Positions 41,985 to 52,452 of a stretch of DNA of 64,000 nucleotides are shown here, piece after piece. Position 1 is the first letter of the stretch, and every line of letters begins with the position of its first letter. The DNA lies in contig CBDCXV010000010.1 of assembly GCA_965223905.1 (NCBI GenBank), positions 1,280,001 through 1,344,000 of the forward strand. The letters run 5' to 3'. The notes beneath the pieces were generated by a model. The model was not told the origin of the DNA. It ran no database searches and worked only from the letters and a program-made list of their open reading frames with translations. The translations under genes were made by a program, and so were the position numbers. Origin of the DNA: Candidatus Latescibacterota bacterium (GTDB lineage Bacteria; Latescibacterota; UBA2968; UBA8231).

Positions 41985-43782
41985 TGTCGACGTGTCTCAC
42001 TTATTCCCTTGTCTCGGCCAGGTGGCTTCCGTGCTTAATGTGGTCATCTGCCTCGCCATTCCCATTCAGGTGGGTTCTCGGCAAGAGCTCGGCGAGCATC
42101 TCAAGTCGATAGCGGTGATTGACCGCGAATACGAACTCGGAGATGAAGTCGAGCTCGTCTTTGCGCGCAACCAGGCTGCTCGGCTGAGATGCGCTGGCAA
42201 CCCCTACGGGTTGCAGGAAGTTCTCATTGGCTGGATCTCAGGGGACTACTTCAAGCAGGACGCTGACCTCGTCGACGTTCGCTTTGTGTCCGATGACGGG
42301 AAGGTCTCCGGTGGAAACTCCTCCTTCCCGGGATCCCAAGGCTGCCTGAGGCAATTCGGTCAAACCCCCTGCCTGGTGGTGGCCGAATACGGCCTGAGGG
42401 ACGGCGATCTCGCTGTGCGCTTCCGTCTCCAGACCGACCCGGTTGAGAACAGGCGCGCCTATCAGGAGTTTCGGAAGAGGGGCAGCATCAGCACGCAGCA
42501 ACGTGGCCCCTGGGAGGTCTTGACCGGTACTGATTGGATACCTGTCCCCGAACTTACCGCGGCCGAGAGAGTGGCGGCATTTACCAAGCTGTGGAGTGAG
42601 GTAAAATACAACTTTGCCTTCTTCGATCAGGTTCCCCACCTCGACTGGGACCAAGTACTAAGTGAATACATTCCGGCAGTCATGGAGGACCAGACGACTG
42701 GTGAGTTCTACCGACTGATGCAGCGATGCCTTGCCCGCCTGCAAGACGGCCATACCAAAGTGAAGTATGCCTGGCGTACCGGTCGACCAGCTCTACTGGT
42801 ACGCCCCGTGGCTGGCAGGGCCATTATCGCTGATCATGGGCTAACCGAAGAGATCACGAAGTCGGAACTGAAAAGAGGAGATGAGATTACCCATGTCGAT
42901 GGTCGTTCAGTACAGGAGATCCTGAAGCAGGACATCTATCCCTACGTTTCCGAGTCAACACCGCAGGGACGGGATTCTGAGGCCTACAGAGTACTTCTTG
43001 GGGGACCGGAAGGCACCGTGGTAGGCGTTCGCGTCCGAAGCAGCAGCGGTTCGACAAGGGATCTGTCGCTTACCCGACGCTCCGAGTGGAAACAAAGGAA
43101 ACAGATGCCATGGCTCCGGATACCGAAGTTTGAGCACAAGGAGCTAGCCGGTGGTATCACGTACGTGTCGATTCGCACCTTCGGTACAGACAAGGTCGTC
43201 GAGCAGTTTGATGAGGTCTTTGAGAAGATCCGTGCCTCCCGAGGACTCATTATCGATGTGAGGGGAAATGGGGGTGGCAGCACTATTAACGCGTATGGAA
43301 TCGTCAGCTATCTGACTGACGGGCCTCTGGAGGGGTCCCGTTGGAGAACCCGCAAGTACATGCCCGCCTTTCGAGCCTGGGGACAAGAAGAGGAATGGCA
43401 TGAAGGAGAGCACGACCGGGTTGAGCCAGGAGATAGTCCCTATCTCGGCCCACTGGTGGTGCTGATTGGCCCCGAAACTGTGAGTGCGGCAGAGGACTTC
43501 CTGATTCCCCTTCATCACAGCGGCAGGGCGACCCTAGTTGGGGAGAGAACCGCAGGGACGACAGGCCAACCTCTCATAGTGAGACTGCCTGTTGCGAAAG
43601 CGTGGATCTGCACCAAACGCGACTCGTACCCTGACGGGAGGGAATTCGTCGGGGTTGGCGTGATCCCTGATGTGGAGGTGCATGCGACTCAACAGGACAT
43701 CGCCAGCGGCCGCGATGCAGTTCTAGAGAGGGCACTTGAGGTGATTAGAGCCGGATTTGCTGGGAAAGGGGAAACCAGATAG
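41985..43782 (+). CDS. S41-family peptidase with PDZ domain
   Basis: LQDGHT, GDEITHVDG, IIDVRGNGGG, TVSAAEDF, GERTAG, GVGVIPD; start uncertain. Confidence 0.85.
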
Positions 43783-44032
43783 GCCGGAGGATGAATTCAG
43801 GTCAGGTGATTCCAGCCAGATGGGGCTGCTGCAGGCGATGCATTCGACTGCTCATCCGGGATTTGTAAACGCGATAACGTAGTTGCCCAGTTTGGAGCCG
43901 AGAATCGTGTGGCTTCCGGGGACGACGACGAGGTACTGCTTGCCCTGCGGCTTCAGCGCCCTCCCGGATCCGGCGAATTCTCCCGAGGAAAGGACTGCCG
44001 CTCCGTGACTGAACGAAACCAACGAGAGGCGC

Positions 44033-44560
44033 ATGGCGGTCTCCCAAATGGACTTGGATGACGCGGTATTCCACTACACCAGCGCGAAGGGTCTGTTGGG
44101 GATTCTGTCCTCGGGGCAGCTTTGGAGCACCGCGCACATTGCCACAAACGACGAGTCCGAGTTCAGGTACGGACAGGGCGTCCTGGCCTCCGTGCTCGAA
44201 GCCAGCGGCGCTGTCGGGCAGATGGATGCGCGTGTTCTTGCGGCGCTGGAGAAGCTCGGAATGAATCACGCGGAAGCCGCGGCCAGGTTTCGAGGACCAT
44301 CTCGTTTTCGTCATGGATCACTTCGTAACCGCGTACGTGACGTCGTTCTGCAGAGCGCGCTCCGAAAAGGACTATCTCGACGGCCTGCTGAGCCAGTGGC
44401 GGGGGTACGGCGGCGCGGACGGATACGCCATCGAGTTCAGTAGGACGAAGCTCCTAGACTGGATCGACCGGATTGGCCAAGAGGGGTTTGCCTACGGGTT
44501 TCACGACGTTTTCTACGAGCGCGACAACCCAGTCCGGCCAAAGTTGGCGACCCAGTATCC
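44033..44560 (+). pseudogene. DUF2971-domain protein, frameshifted and truncated
   Basis: FHYTS..GLLGIL, NDESEF; second frame YVTSFC, LLSQWRGYG, GYAIEF. Confidence 0.75.
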
Positions 44561-44774
44561 GGGTGGGCCACAACGGCGGCGGCGGAGCTAGACTCGGGAA
44601 TCTCATTGCCCGAGCTGCGCAAACCTTCGAGATGAAGGGCAAGAGCCTCCGCAGCCAGTTCCTTGGCCTCTTCAAAGGTGTGGCCGGCGGTGACACAGCC
44701 GGGTAAATCGGGGAAGCTGACCCCGTAGTCGCTCTCCCGCTCCTTGTGACCAAGCTGATGTACGTTCGCTTCAC
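44560..44774 (-). pseudogene. hicB: HicB-family antitoxin, frameshifted
   Basis: DYGVSFPDLPGCVTAG.TFEEA...A.EAL.LHLE; N-terminus in another frame; no hicA seen. Confidence 0.78.
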
Positions 44775-44807
44775 GGTGGTTTCCAATAGGGAAGCGCTTA
44801 GGAAAAC

Positions 44808-45806
44808 TCACGAAGACAGATCGAGCGACCGTCGAAGGGTCGCGACAAATTTTCCGCGGAATCCCTCGTCATCATCCCTGGACCAGAGAACGGTCGTACA
44901 GTGATTCGTATCGAAGTGGGTCTTTTGCTTCTCGAATTTTCCTTTTTCGCAGATGTAGATCACAGGCTTGTCCAGACCCTCCGCGAAACCGGCCTCCCAG
45001 TACGCGCCATGGTTGTCATGGGTTAGATCGACAATGACGAACTTCGCGTCCCTGATTTGGACCCGCATGATATTATCGATGATTCCTGCCTTCCCAACAT
45101 CGTTCATATCCACAAGATCGTAGCCGATCTCATCTTTCACAGCCGGTTTCAGAACTTCCTTGACAAAGGCTTTGAGATCGGGTTCATCAAACTGCATGGC
45201 GAAGAAACCGTAGTTTCCGGCAAATCTTCCGCGTTTTTCGGCTTCATACTGCTCCCATCCCTCCAGACTGAGATCAATGTTGGTAAACAAAGAGATGGGA
45301 CGTCCTGTAGCCGGATCCATCCCGACGGCAGTACCAAGGGGGTCGGCTTTTAGTGTTTTACCCTCAACCAATTCCTTTGTCAGTCGAATGGCCGCCTCAA
45401 AGTTCGGCGCCCCAATAATCGCATGGAGATGATCTGGAGCAACAGACAAGCTTTCTCCAGTTTGGGAAACCTGATCGCCTATGTACCGGATCAAGTTTGC
45501 AGCCCGTTCATGCGGAGTGGGAAGTCGACAATTCGATAAGAATTCCCTTAGCCATTTTGTGTCTACCATAGAGGGTTGTTTGTTCTCATGTTTCGTGCGC
45601 AATACATGACTTAGACATGCGCGTTGAACTGCTGCCAGCGCATCAGCTTGTTGATCTAACTGACCGCATAATGCCGTCCTGCTTATTGCGTACTGCCCAC
45701 AGGTCGTGCATTTGAACTTGGAGCCATCGAGGCCATCCGCCGGGTAACGCCAGCACCGACCACCATCTTCCTTCTGACAGACAGGATAATTCGCCGGTTC
45801 CATCAT
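44808..45806 (-). CDS. Zn-ribbon protein with C-terminal nucleoside 2-deoxyribosyltransferase-like domain
   Basis: N-terminal Cys cluster (CTTCG); C-terminal FFAMQF, IRDAKFVIVDLT..N.GAYWEAGFA..LDKPVIYIC, HFD. Confidence 0.75.
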   Translation of the reverse strand: MMEPANYPVCQKEDGGRCWRYPADGLDGSKFKCTTCGQYAISRTALCGQLDQQADALAAVQRACLSHVLRTKHENKQPSMVDTKWLREFLSNCRLPTPHERAANLIRYIGDQVSQTGESLSVAPDHLHAIIGAPNFEAAIRLTKELVEGKTLKADPLGTAVGMDPATGRPISLFTNIDLSLEGWEQYEAEKRGRFAGNYGFFAMQFDEPDLKAFVKEVLKPAVKDEIGYDLVDMNDVGKAGIIDNIMRVQIRDAKFVIVDLTHDNHGAYWEAGFAEGLDKPVIYICEKGKFEKQKTHFDTNHCTTVLWSRDDDEGFRGKFVATLRRSLDLSS

Positions 45807-45831
45807 TTTATCATGTAATTCCTGTGCAGCG

Positions 45832-48702
45832 TCACGCCGAGGTGGGCGGTTCCCCGCTGGCAAAGTTCATGGACAACAGTTCCCGCAGCGCCTGGTCCTC
45901 CGAAACATCTACATCCCACCCATAGGCCGCCGCCACAGATGCATCGAGAGCCGAGTGCGCGTCCTCGAGCCACTGAGGGCGGGCGTTGTAGAGGTTGGTC
46001 AGCGTGCGCTTCTTGAGCTCCTTCTCCGCTTCCTCGTCGCGGGGCACGGGGCGCCTGGGATAACCTGCAACAGGCTCCTCCACCCACTCCACCCATTCGG
46101 GCGGATTCAGCCACCGGTCTCTCAGCTCGACCAGCCGTCGGGCTGCGTCGGCAATGGCAACGGCGGGCGGATCATCCGCATAGTCCGTCGCGGGAACGTC
46201 GGGCGACAGCCCCTCCGGGAACGGGTAAGTCTCGAATGTTGTCGTCGGGGTGTAGCGCGGGCGGTCTTCCAGGCTTGTGCCCAGGCGCAGGGACCACGCC
46301 TCGTGAAAGCGGCTGTGCAGGATCCCGAAGGTGGTGTCGTCGTCGCGCGCGATGACGATCAGTTGATGATCAGGACAAACCCGCGCGTCAAGCCAGGCGA
46401 ACAGCCGGTGCTTTGCTACCGTCGGCGTAACGATGTAACGCTGCAGTCCGTCGAGTGCCTCCCACATACCCGGCCTCGGCTCGACGTGCCGCCACCAATT
46501 GGTGCGGTAGGCTTCTCGCCGGTTCCCTTGCCGCTTCGGATAGACGTGCTCCATTGCGTGTCGAAACGGGGCCTCGTAGAGCGCCGCCTCCTCCCGCACC
46601 ATGCTGGATCCGAAATCGACGATCCATTTGTCCGCCGGGCGCCGCGTGACGTCCATGCCGTTCATCCATGGTCCCAGGACATCGGAGTTGGGTCTCCCGT
46701 TCGGGTTGGCCGGCTCCCGCAGCCATTCCCGGGCCTGCTCTCCAGGGACGTCGAAGGGGCCGCCCTTCGTGTCCCCCATGAAGGCGACGCCCATGTTCCG
46801 GTGAAGCCGCCGAGCCTCCGTCAGATCGATGCCCGCCCCGCCGCGCTTCGCGGTCAGGTCGGCGTGAACCTCATCGACAAGTTGGCCGTCGAGTCTCCGT
46901 CCCGACACCGATCCGGCATCCTGCCCCGAGAAGCAGATCAGGGAAACGCGTACCGCGGCGCCGTCGATCACCCACGGCTCGTCGCTCCATGCCTCGAAGA
47001 TCGGACGGCCGTCGATCGCGGTCTGCAAGGCCCTCCGGTTCGCGCCCCCTCTAATTGAATTGGTCGAGACGAGGCCGGCTCGTTTCGCTTTGCCCGCTGC
47101 GAGGTGATCACCGGCCTTCACGAACCAGTAGCAAACGAGATCGACCTCGGCCGGCACGCGGCCTTCGTACGCAGCGAAAATTCTCCCAACGTACTCCTCC
47201 CCGAGGTGGGCGTTGAGGAGCTTGCCGCCGAGAAACGGCGGGTTGCCGATCACCACGTCGGCCTGCGGCCACTCCGGCTCGCTTCCCTCCGGCGACAGGA
47301 TCGCGTCGCGGCATTCGATGGTGTCGAGCGGCTTTAGGATCGGATCGCGCAACTCCCCGAATCCGTTGCGCCGCATCCACTGGATCTCGCCGATCCAGAC
47401 CGACACGCGGGCCAGTTCCGCGGCGTAGGGGTTGATCTCGATTCCCCTGACGTTGGCCGGGCCGACCCGGGGGAATTCGCGCTGGAGGCCCATGGCGTCG
47501 GCCTCCAGCTGCACCCGGTGCTCCAGGTCCTTGAGCGCGTGCAGCGCCAGATAGAGGAAGTTGCCGGAACCGCAGGCGGGATCGAGCACCGTGAAGCCGC
47601 GCAGGCGTTCGAGAAAGGCGCGCAGCAGCCGTTCAGCCTGTCCCCGCTGCCGTGTCCCTGCGGCCCTCGACCTGGTTCCGCCGGCGCGATCGAGAGCGGC
47701 TGCGATCTCCGCCTTCACCCTCTCCCATTCCGCCAGCAGGGGACGGACGACCACGGGCTCGACGATGCGCATGATCTTGTCCCGGTCGGTGTAGTGCGCC
47801 CCGAGCTGCGAACGCTTGTCCGGGTCGAGACCGCGCTCGAACAGGGTGCCGAGGATGGAAGGGTCGATCTCGGCCCAGTCGAGCGACGCGGCTTCGAGCG
47901 CCGTCTCGATCTCCGCCTTCTCGAGGGACAGGGCGGCATCGTCGTCGAACAGCCCGCCGTTGAACCACGCCACTGCCTCGAATCCGACGCGGCCCCCGTT
48001 GGACATCGCCGCGAACAGATCGCGGGCCATGCCGGCGAACTCCTGCGGTTGCCGGCGCGCCTGTTGCAGCATGCGCGTGAACATGTCCCCCGGCAGCAGG
48101 CCCACGTCCTCGGCGAACATGCAGAAGACGAGGCGATTGATGAAGTGCGCCACCGCCTGCGGGTCGTGGCCGCGCTCCCTCAGCGACTGCGCCAGCGCCG
48201 CGAAAGCGGTGGCCGCGCGCTCGGTGAGTGTCTGGCGCGTCTCTCCCGGACGCAGGCGCTCGGGATCGGAGAGCGCCCACTTGAGCTTGTCGCGGACCGC
48301 GGCGTCGGCGAGGTCGTCGATGGCGAACTCGAGGGTTTCGCTGACGCTGTTGGTCCAGTTGGTGCGGATGCGGAACCGCCGCATGTCGGAGACGATCAGA
48401 AGCGGCGGGTTCTCCAGGGCCAGGGCGTACTGCCTGAGCTGATCGAAGGCGGCGTCGAGGTTGGCTTGGCCGCCCTTGTACTCCCAGGCGAAGCAGTGCC
48501 GCTTCCACACGTCGGCCCAACCGCCGACGCCGGTCTCCTTGCGCGCTCCCTTCTCGAAGCAGTAGGTCTCGCCGGTCGGGTCGGCCTCGGCCGGTGTCGG
48601 TTCGCCCAGGAGCCGGCACAAGTCGATGAAGTGCTCCTGCGATGCCGAGCGTTCCTTCAGCTCCGACGCCCGCCACTTGGAGATGAATTCACCCGGGGTC
48701 AT
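45832..48702 (-). CDS. Fused restriction-modification enzyme, MmeI-like (Type IIG/IIL), N6-adenine MTase
   Basis: ADVW...WEYKG nuclease motif, FNGGLF, GAHYT, DPACGSGNF, GNPPF, RYTPTTTFETYPFP, LTNLYN. Confidence 0.9.
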   Translation of the reverse strand: MTPGEFISKWRASELKERSASQEHFIDLCRLLGEPTPAEADPTGETYCFEKGARKETGVGGWADVWKRHCFAWEYKGGQANLDAAFDQLRQYALALENPPLLIVSDMRRFRIRTNWTNSVSETLEFAIDDLADAAVRDKLKWALSDPERLRPGETRQTLTERAATAFAALAQSLRERGHDPQAVAHFINRLVFCMFAEDVGLLPGDMFTRMLQQARRQPQEFAGMARDLFAAMSNGGRVGFEAVAWFNGGLFDDDAALSLEKAEIETALEAASLDWAEIDPSILGTLFERGLDPDKRSQLGAHYTDRDKIMRIVEPVVVRPLLAEWERVKAEIAAALDRAGGTRSRAAGTRQRGQAERLLRAFLERLRGFTVLDPACGSGNFLYLALHALKDLEHRVQLEADAMGLQREFPRVGPANVRGIEINPYAAELARVSVWIGEIQWMRRNGFGELRDPILKPLDTIECRDAILSPEGSEPEWPQADVVIGNPPFLGGKLLNAHLGEEYVGRIFAAYEGRVPAEVDLVCYWFVKAGDHLAAGKAKRAGLVSTNSIRGGANRRALQTAIDGRPIFEAWSDEPWVIDGAAVRVSLICFSGQDAGSVSGRRLDGQLVDEVHADLTAKRGGAGIDLTEARRLHRNMGVAFMGDTKGGPFDVPGEQAREWLREPANPNGRPNSDVLGPWMNGMDVTRRPADKWIVDFGSSMVREEAALYEAPFRHAMEHVYPKRQGNRREAYRTNWWRHVEPRPGMWEALDGLQRYIVTPTVAKHRLFAWLDARVCPDHQLIVIARDDDTTFGILHSRFHEAWSLRLGTSLEDRPRYTPTTTFETYPFPEGLSPDVPATDYADDPPAVAIADAARRLVELRDRWLNPPEWVEWVEEPVAGYPRRPVPRDEEAEKELKKRTLTNLYNARPQWLEDAHSALDASVAAAYGWDVDVSEDQALRELLSMNFASGEPPTSA

Positions 48703-49124
48703 GGGTTCACCTGCAACCCGAGCTTTGTCCGCAAAGAAGTCACGATGCGCAAATCTCCAGCTCTCTCGAATCCTTCATATCTCAAGATGCCGCTGCCCGG
48801 TTCGGGCGGCAAACCAGTGGACTTGAAGACTGCGACGACTGCGGGGAGGGCCCGGTGGACCTTGCCTAATCACCGGTTTCGTTTCGGACTGAGCTACGCT
48901 GGTGAGCGAAAGGTTCGGGCGCCTTGCTTCACCGATTCCCGGTTCTTTGTGCCCTACTCCTCAATTTCTCCTCAGGCGGAACAACGCACACTTTCGCGAT
49001 CCCCTCGATCCTTTCCAAACCCACCCATAATCCCGTTTATCCTGCCCATGCGCTGCCCCCGCTTGGTGGACGCGCCCGTGACCCACTGCGACCCGCACGG
49101 GATTCCATAGCTGCCCAAATTGCG

Positions 49125-49390
49125 ATGAAAACCCGTCACAGAGCTTACGCCTATATCACCAACGGGAGCCGCCTGCTTCTTTTTACTCAACCCGAGGCAC
49201 CGGAAGCTGGCATTCAAGTTCCAGCTGGAACAATTGAACCAGGAGAGAATCCTCAGGATGCCGTGATGCGAGAAGCAAAGGAGGAGACGGGTATAACCGA
49301 GCTCAGATGTGAACGGTTTCTGGCCCAGGATACCCGAGACATGCGGGATTGCGGGCGCGATGAACTACAGTATCGCTGGTTCTTTCATTT
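49125..49390 (+). pseudogene. NUDIX hydrolase, C-terminally truncated (probable former cassette gene)
   Basis: Nudix box PAGTIEPGENPQDAVMREAKEETG; breaks at an attC half-site. Confidence 0.8.
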
Positions 49391-49440
49391 GGGCCTACGG
49401 CAACCCGCTTCCCGGGTTCGCAAACCGGGGATCGTCAGGG
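49391..49440 (+). other. Orphan 3' half of an attC site with degenerate R' (GTCAGGG)
   Basis: ggcctacggcaacccgcttcccgggttcgcaaaccgggg closely matches the attC at 61410-61457. Confidence 0.75.
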
Positions 49441-49490
49441 CAAAACCGGGTTCATGTTTTCGTATATTGTTGAGGGCATGGAGGTCAAGG

Positions 49491-49715
49491 ATGAATGAAC
49501 GAATCACAATCGATCCCTCGATCCGTCATGGCAAGCCGGTGGTGCGGGGGACCCGAGTGCCCGTGCACCGAATTATCGGGAACCTTGCAGGTGGGGCAAC
49601 CCCAGAAGAAGTCTGTGAGGAATATGGCATTACCGACGCGGATGTACGGGCTGCTCTTGAGTACGCTGAGGAACTCGTAGAAGCAGAAGAAGCTCATCCA
49701 CTACCTGCATCCTGA
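49491..49715 (+). CDS. DUF433 antitoxin
   Basis: RITIDPSIRHGKPVVRGTRVPV, EEY.IT.ADVRAALEY; ggagg SD. Confidence 0.88.
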   Translation: MNERITIDPSIRHGKPVVRGTRVPVHRIIGNLAGGATPEEVCEEYGITDADVRAALEYAEELVEAEEAHPLPAS

Positions 49716-49721
49716 ATCGGT

Positions 49722-49780
49722 TTGCAATTCATCATCGACGCTGATCTTCCACGCGCTGTAGCCCGTGTGATCGCCGATAA
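49722..49780 (+). pseudogene. DUF5615 PIN-like toxin, N-terminal stub
   Basis: MQFIIDADLPRAVA directly after DUF433, then truncated. Confidence 0.65.
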
Positions 49781-49808
49781 GTACGCATCAACCTCAAGGG
49801 AGGAAACT

Positions 49809-52433
49809 GTGAGCATGAAGACGATAATACCGCGCGCACTCACCCCTGGCCGGCTCGCCATCTTCGCCGCGCTGTTGTCCCTGTCGGCCACGGCCACCGC
49901 GACGGCCCAGACAACCGGAACGATCGAGGGCACGGTCGTCGACGAGAACGGCTTCTCCTTGCCCGGCGTCCTGGTGACGGCGACCGGTTCCGGCGTGCGC
50001 GAGGAAAGCGTGACCGACGTCGCCGGCTCCTACGGGTTCGCCGGCCTTGCCGCCGGGGACTATCTCGTAACGGCGACCCTGCCTGGTTTCGATCCCGTCG
50101 AGCGTCGGGTCTCTGTCCAGGCGGGCGCCACCGAAACCGTCCCGCTCGTTCTGCAGGTCCCATTGCTTCTCGATACGCTCAGCGTCGTCGCCGACGAACC
50201 CCGGACTTTCGCGCGCAACGTCGTCCCCGTGCCGATGATCCGGCAGCAGTCGAACATCACCAGCGTCGCCGCGGTGGTGGACAACCTCCCCGGGGTATCC
50301 ATCCAGGAGGGGGACGCGTACGGGTTCGACGACTGGTCGAACAATGCCGTCGTGCGCGGCTTCCAGGTGACCATCAGCGAGGCGCAGATCGGCACCACCG
50401 TCGACGGCTTTCCCAACGGCACCTCCGACTACTTCAGCGGCGCCAAAGCGAACCGGTTCATCGACCCGATGAACCTCGGAGGGGTCGAGGTGTCGCAGGG
50501 GACGGCCGACATAGCCTCCCGGTCGGTCGAGGCGCTGGGCGGCACCTTCAACTACCGGACGGACGATCCGGCGGCGGAGCGGACCTACACCGCGTCGACC
50601 ACCCTCGGCGAGAACGACGGCAAGCGCTTCTCCATGCGGGTCGACACCGGACCGTTGTTCGGCGGTGAGACGCGCGCCTGGATCGCCGCGGTCCGGCAGG
50701 AGGCGACCGACTGGGTGCAGGGCTCGGCGAGGAACGAACGGGAGCACATCGCCGCCAAGATGGTTTCGCCGCGCGGGCGCCTCGATCTCACCGGCTACCT
50801 CTCCTACGACGATATCCACGAGGATACCTACCAGCGGATCTACGGCGAGGCCGATTTCCGGGCGAACCCGCGCTGGGACCGGCTGGTCGGCGACTGGCCC
50901 GGGGTGCCCTACCTCAACCAGTTCTACCGGCCCGGCTGGCAGACCCGGCGCACCAACACGCTCGCCTACCTCAAGGCCGACTGGCCGTTCAGCGAGCTCA
51001 GCAACCTGAGCGCCGGCGCCTACTACCATCGCAACAGGGGCCGCGGCGACTGGCTGCCCCCTTACATAGTCGACGTGGTCGACGACGGGGATGGACCCGA
51101 GTCGGAGCTGGCGGGCCTCCCACCGGTGCGGGGCGGCGATCAGCCCGGGCTCATCCGCTTCGTGGACGGCAACGGCGTTGCCGTCGCACCGGCGCCCGAC
51201 TGCGAGTCGTCCTACATCTACAACTACTACGGCTCGGGAGGCCCGGAGGTCGACCCGGCCTGCCACCCGGGGGCCACGGCAGTGCAATCGTACCGCCACA
51301 GCCACTACGGGAAGGATCGCCTCGGCGCAACCCTCGACGGGGAATGGTCCACTTCCATTGGCGGGGCCGGCAGCGCCCTGCGTGCCGGGATCTGGTACGA
51401 GGGCTCGCGGCGCGACCTCGGCCGGGACTGGCACCGGATGCTGGATCCGGCGCTCAGCTTCAAGTGGGACGAGCGGCCCTACTGGCACCAGTACGAGTGG
51501 GACTTCCCGCAGCACGTCTTCAAGTGGTACCTGGAGGAGACGCTTTACGCCGGTGCGCTGGCCCTGAGCGCCGGCATCAAGCAGTTCCGGATCGGCGTGT
51601 CGCGCGAGGACAAGTTCGATGTCGACCCGGAACTGACGGTCGATTCCGATTCGGATCTGCTCTTCTCGGGGGGTGTCACCTACGAGACGCCGGTGGCGGG
51701 CCTCGACCTGTTCGCCGGCTATGCGGAGAACTTCAAGGCGATCAGCAGCACGCTGCTCGAAGTCCCGGGCAGGAGTCTGGACCTCCTCGAACCCGAGACC
51801 GCCTCGAACATCGACGTGGGGCTGCAGTATGTCGGCGAACGGGTCGCGTTGAGCGCCGCCTGGTACTCCATCGATTTCCAGAACCGGATCTTCTACCTCG
51901 GCCCGCAGACGACCGCCGGTCCCAACTACCTCATCCCCGGGGGCGGAGCCTACTTCAACGCGGGGGGTATCGAAACGAGCGGGGTCGAGCTGTCCGCCAC
52001 GGTGCCGTTGCCGAATCGGACCTCGTTCTACACAGCGGTCACCTTCAACGACTCGAAATACATAGGGACCGGCGATCCGCTCGTCGACGACAACCAGGGC
52101 ATCGTGCCCGGCACCGACGTTGCGGGCGTACCGGGCCGGCTGTGGGTCCTCTCGCTCGACCGCAGCGGGCCGCTTGCCGGCGGCCTGTCCGCCAAGTACA
52201 CGTCGCCGCGGCGCGTCAGTCTGGCCGCGGACTGGGACACGGACGCCTACTGGCTGGTGGACGCCTACGTCAGTTTCTCGGGGGGAGCGTTGAGCGATCA
52301 GCTGCGGTCGGCGGAGTTCTCGATCGTGGCGAACAACCCGCTCGACAAGGCCTATCTGTCCGCAATCACCGAGAATGCCGCCTGGCTGGGCGCGCCGCGC
52401 ACGGTTTCAGTGACTGCGACCGTCTCCTTCTGA
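49809..52433 (+). CDS. TonB-dependent receptor with N-terminal carboxypeptidase-regulatory-like domain
   Basis: Signal peptide, TGTIEGTVVD..G.SLPGV, plug (LPGV, VRGF, DGFPN), LEPETA, GVEL, NxLDKAY, GAPRT, terminal F. Confidence 0.9.
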   Translation: MSMKTIIPRALTPGRLAIFAALLSLSATATATAQTTGTIEGTVVDENGFSLPGVLVTATGSGVREESVTDVAGSYGFAGLAAGDYLVTATLPGFDPVERRVSVQAGATETVPLVLQVPLLLDTLSVVADEPRTFARNVVPVPMIRQQSNITSVAAVVDNLPGVSIQEGDAYGFDDWSNNAVVRGFQVTISEAQIGTTVDGFPNGTSDYFSGAKANRFIDPMNLGGVEVSQGTADIASRSVEALGGTFNYRTDDPAAERTYTASTTLGENDGKRFSMRVDTGPLFGGETRAWIAAVRQEATDWVQGSARNEREHIAAKMVSPRGRLDLTGYLSYDDIHEDTYQRIYGEADFRANPRWDRLVGDWPGVPYLNQFYRPGWQTRRTNTLAYLKADWPFSELSNLSAGAYYHRNRGRGDWLPPYIVDVVDDGDGPESELAGLPPVRGGDQPGLIRFVDGNGVAVAPAPDCESSYIYNYYGSGGPEVDPACHPGATAVQSYRHSHYGKDRLGATLDGEWSTSIGGAGSALRAGIWYEGSRRDLGRDWHRMLDPALSFKWDERPYWHQYEWDFPQHVFKWYLEETLYAGALALSAGIKQFRIGVSREDKFDVDPELTVDSDSDLLFSGGVTYETPVAGLDLFAGYAENFKAISSTLLEVPGRSLDLLEPETASNIDVGLQYVGERVALSAAWYSIDFQNRIFYLGPQTTAGPNYLIPGGGAYFNAGGIETSGVELSATVPLPNRTSFYTAVTFNDSKYIGTGDPLVDDNQGIVPGTDVAGVPGRLWVLSLDRSGPLAGGLSAKYTSPRRVSLAADWDTDAYWLVDAYVSFSGGALSDQLRSAEFSIVANNPLDKAYLSAITENAAWLGAPRTVSVTATVSF

Positions 52434-52452
52434 GGGGAATGCGGGTGCAGCA

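Noticed and set aside
48924-52433. NUDIX-DUF433 and PIN-TonB receptor fusion proteins from the ORF track
   Set aside because: These are in-frame junctions of truncated genes; the downstream genes have their own SD and start codons.
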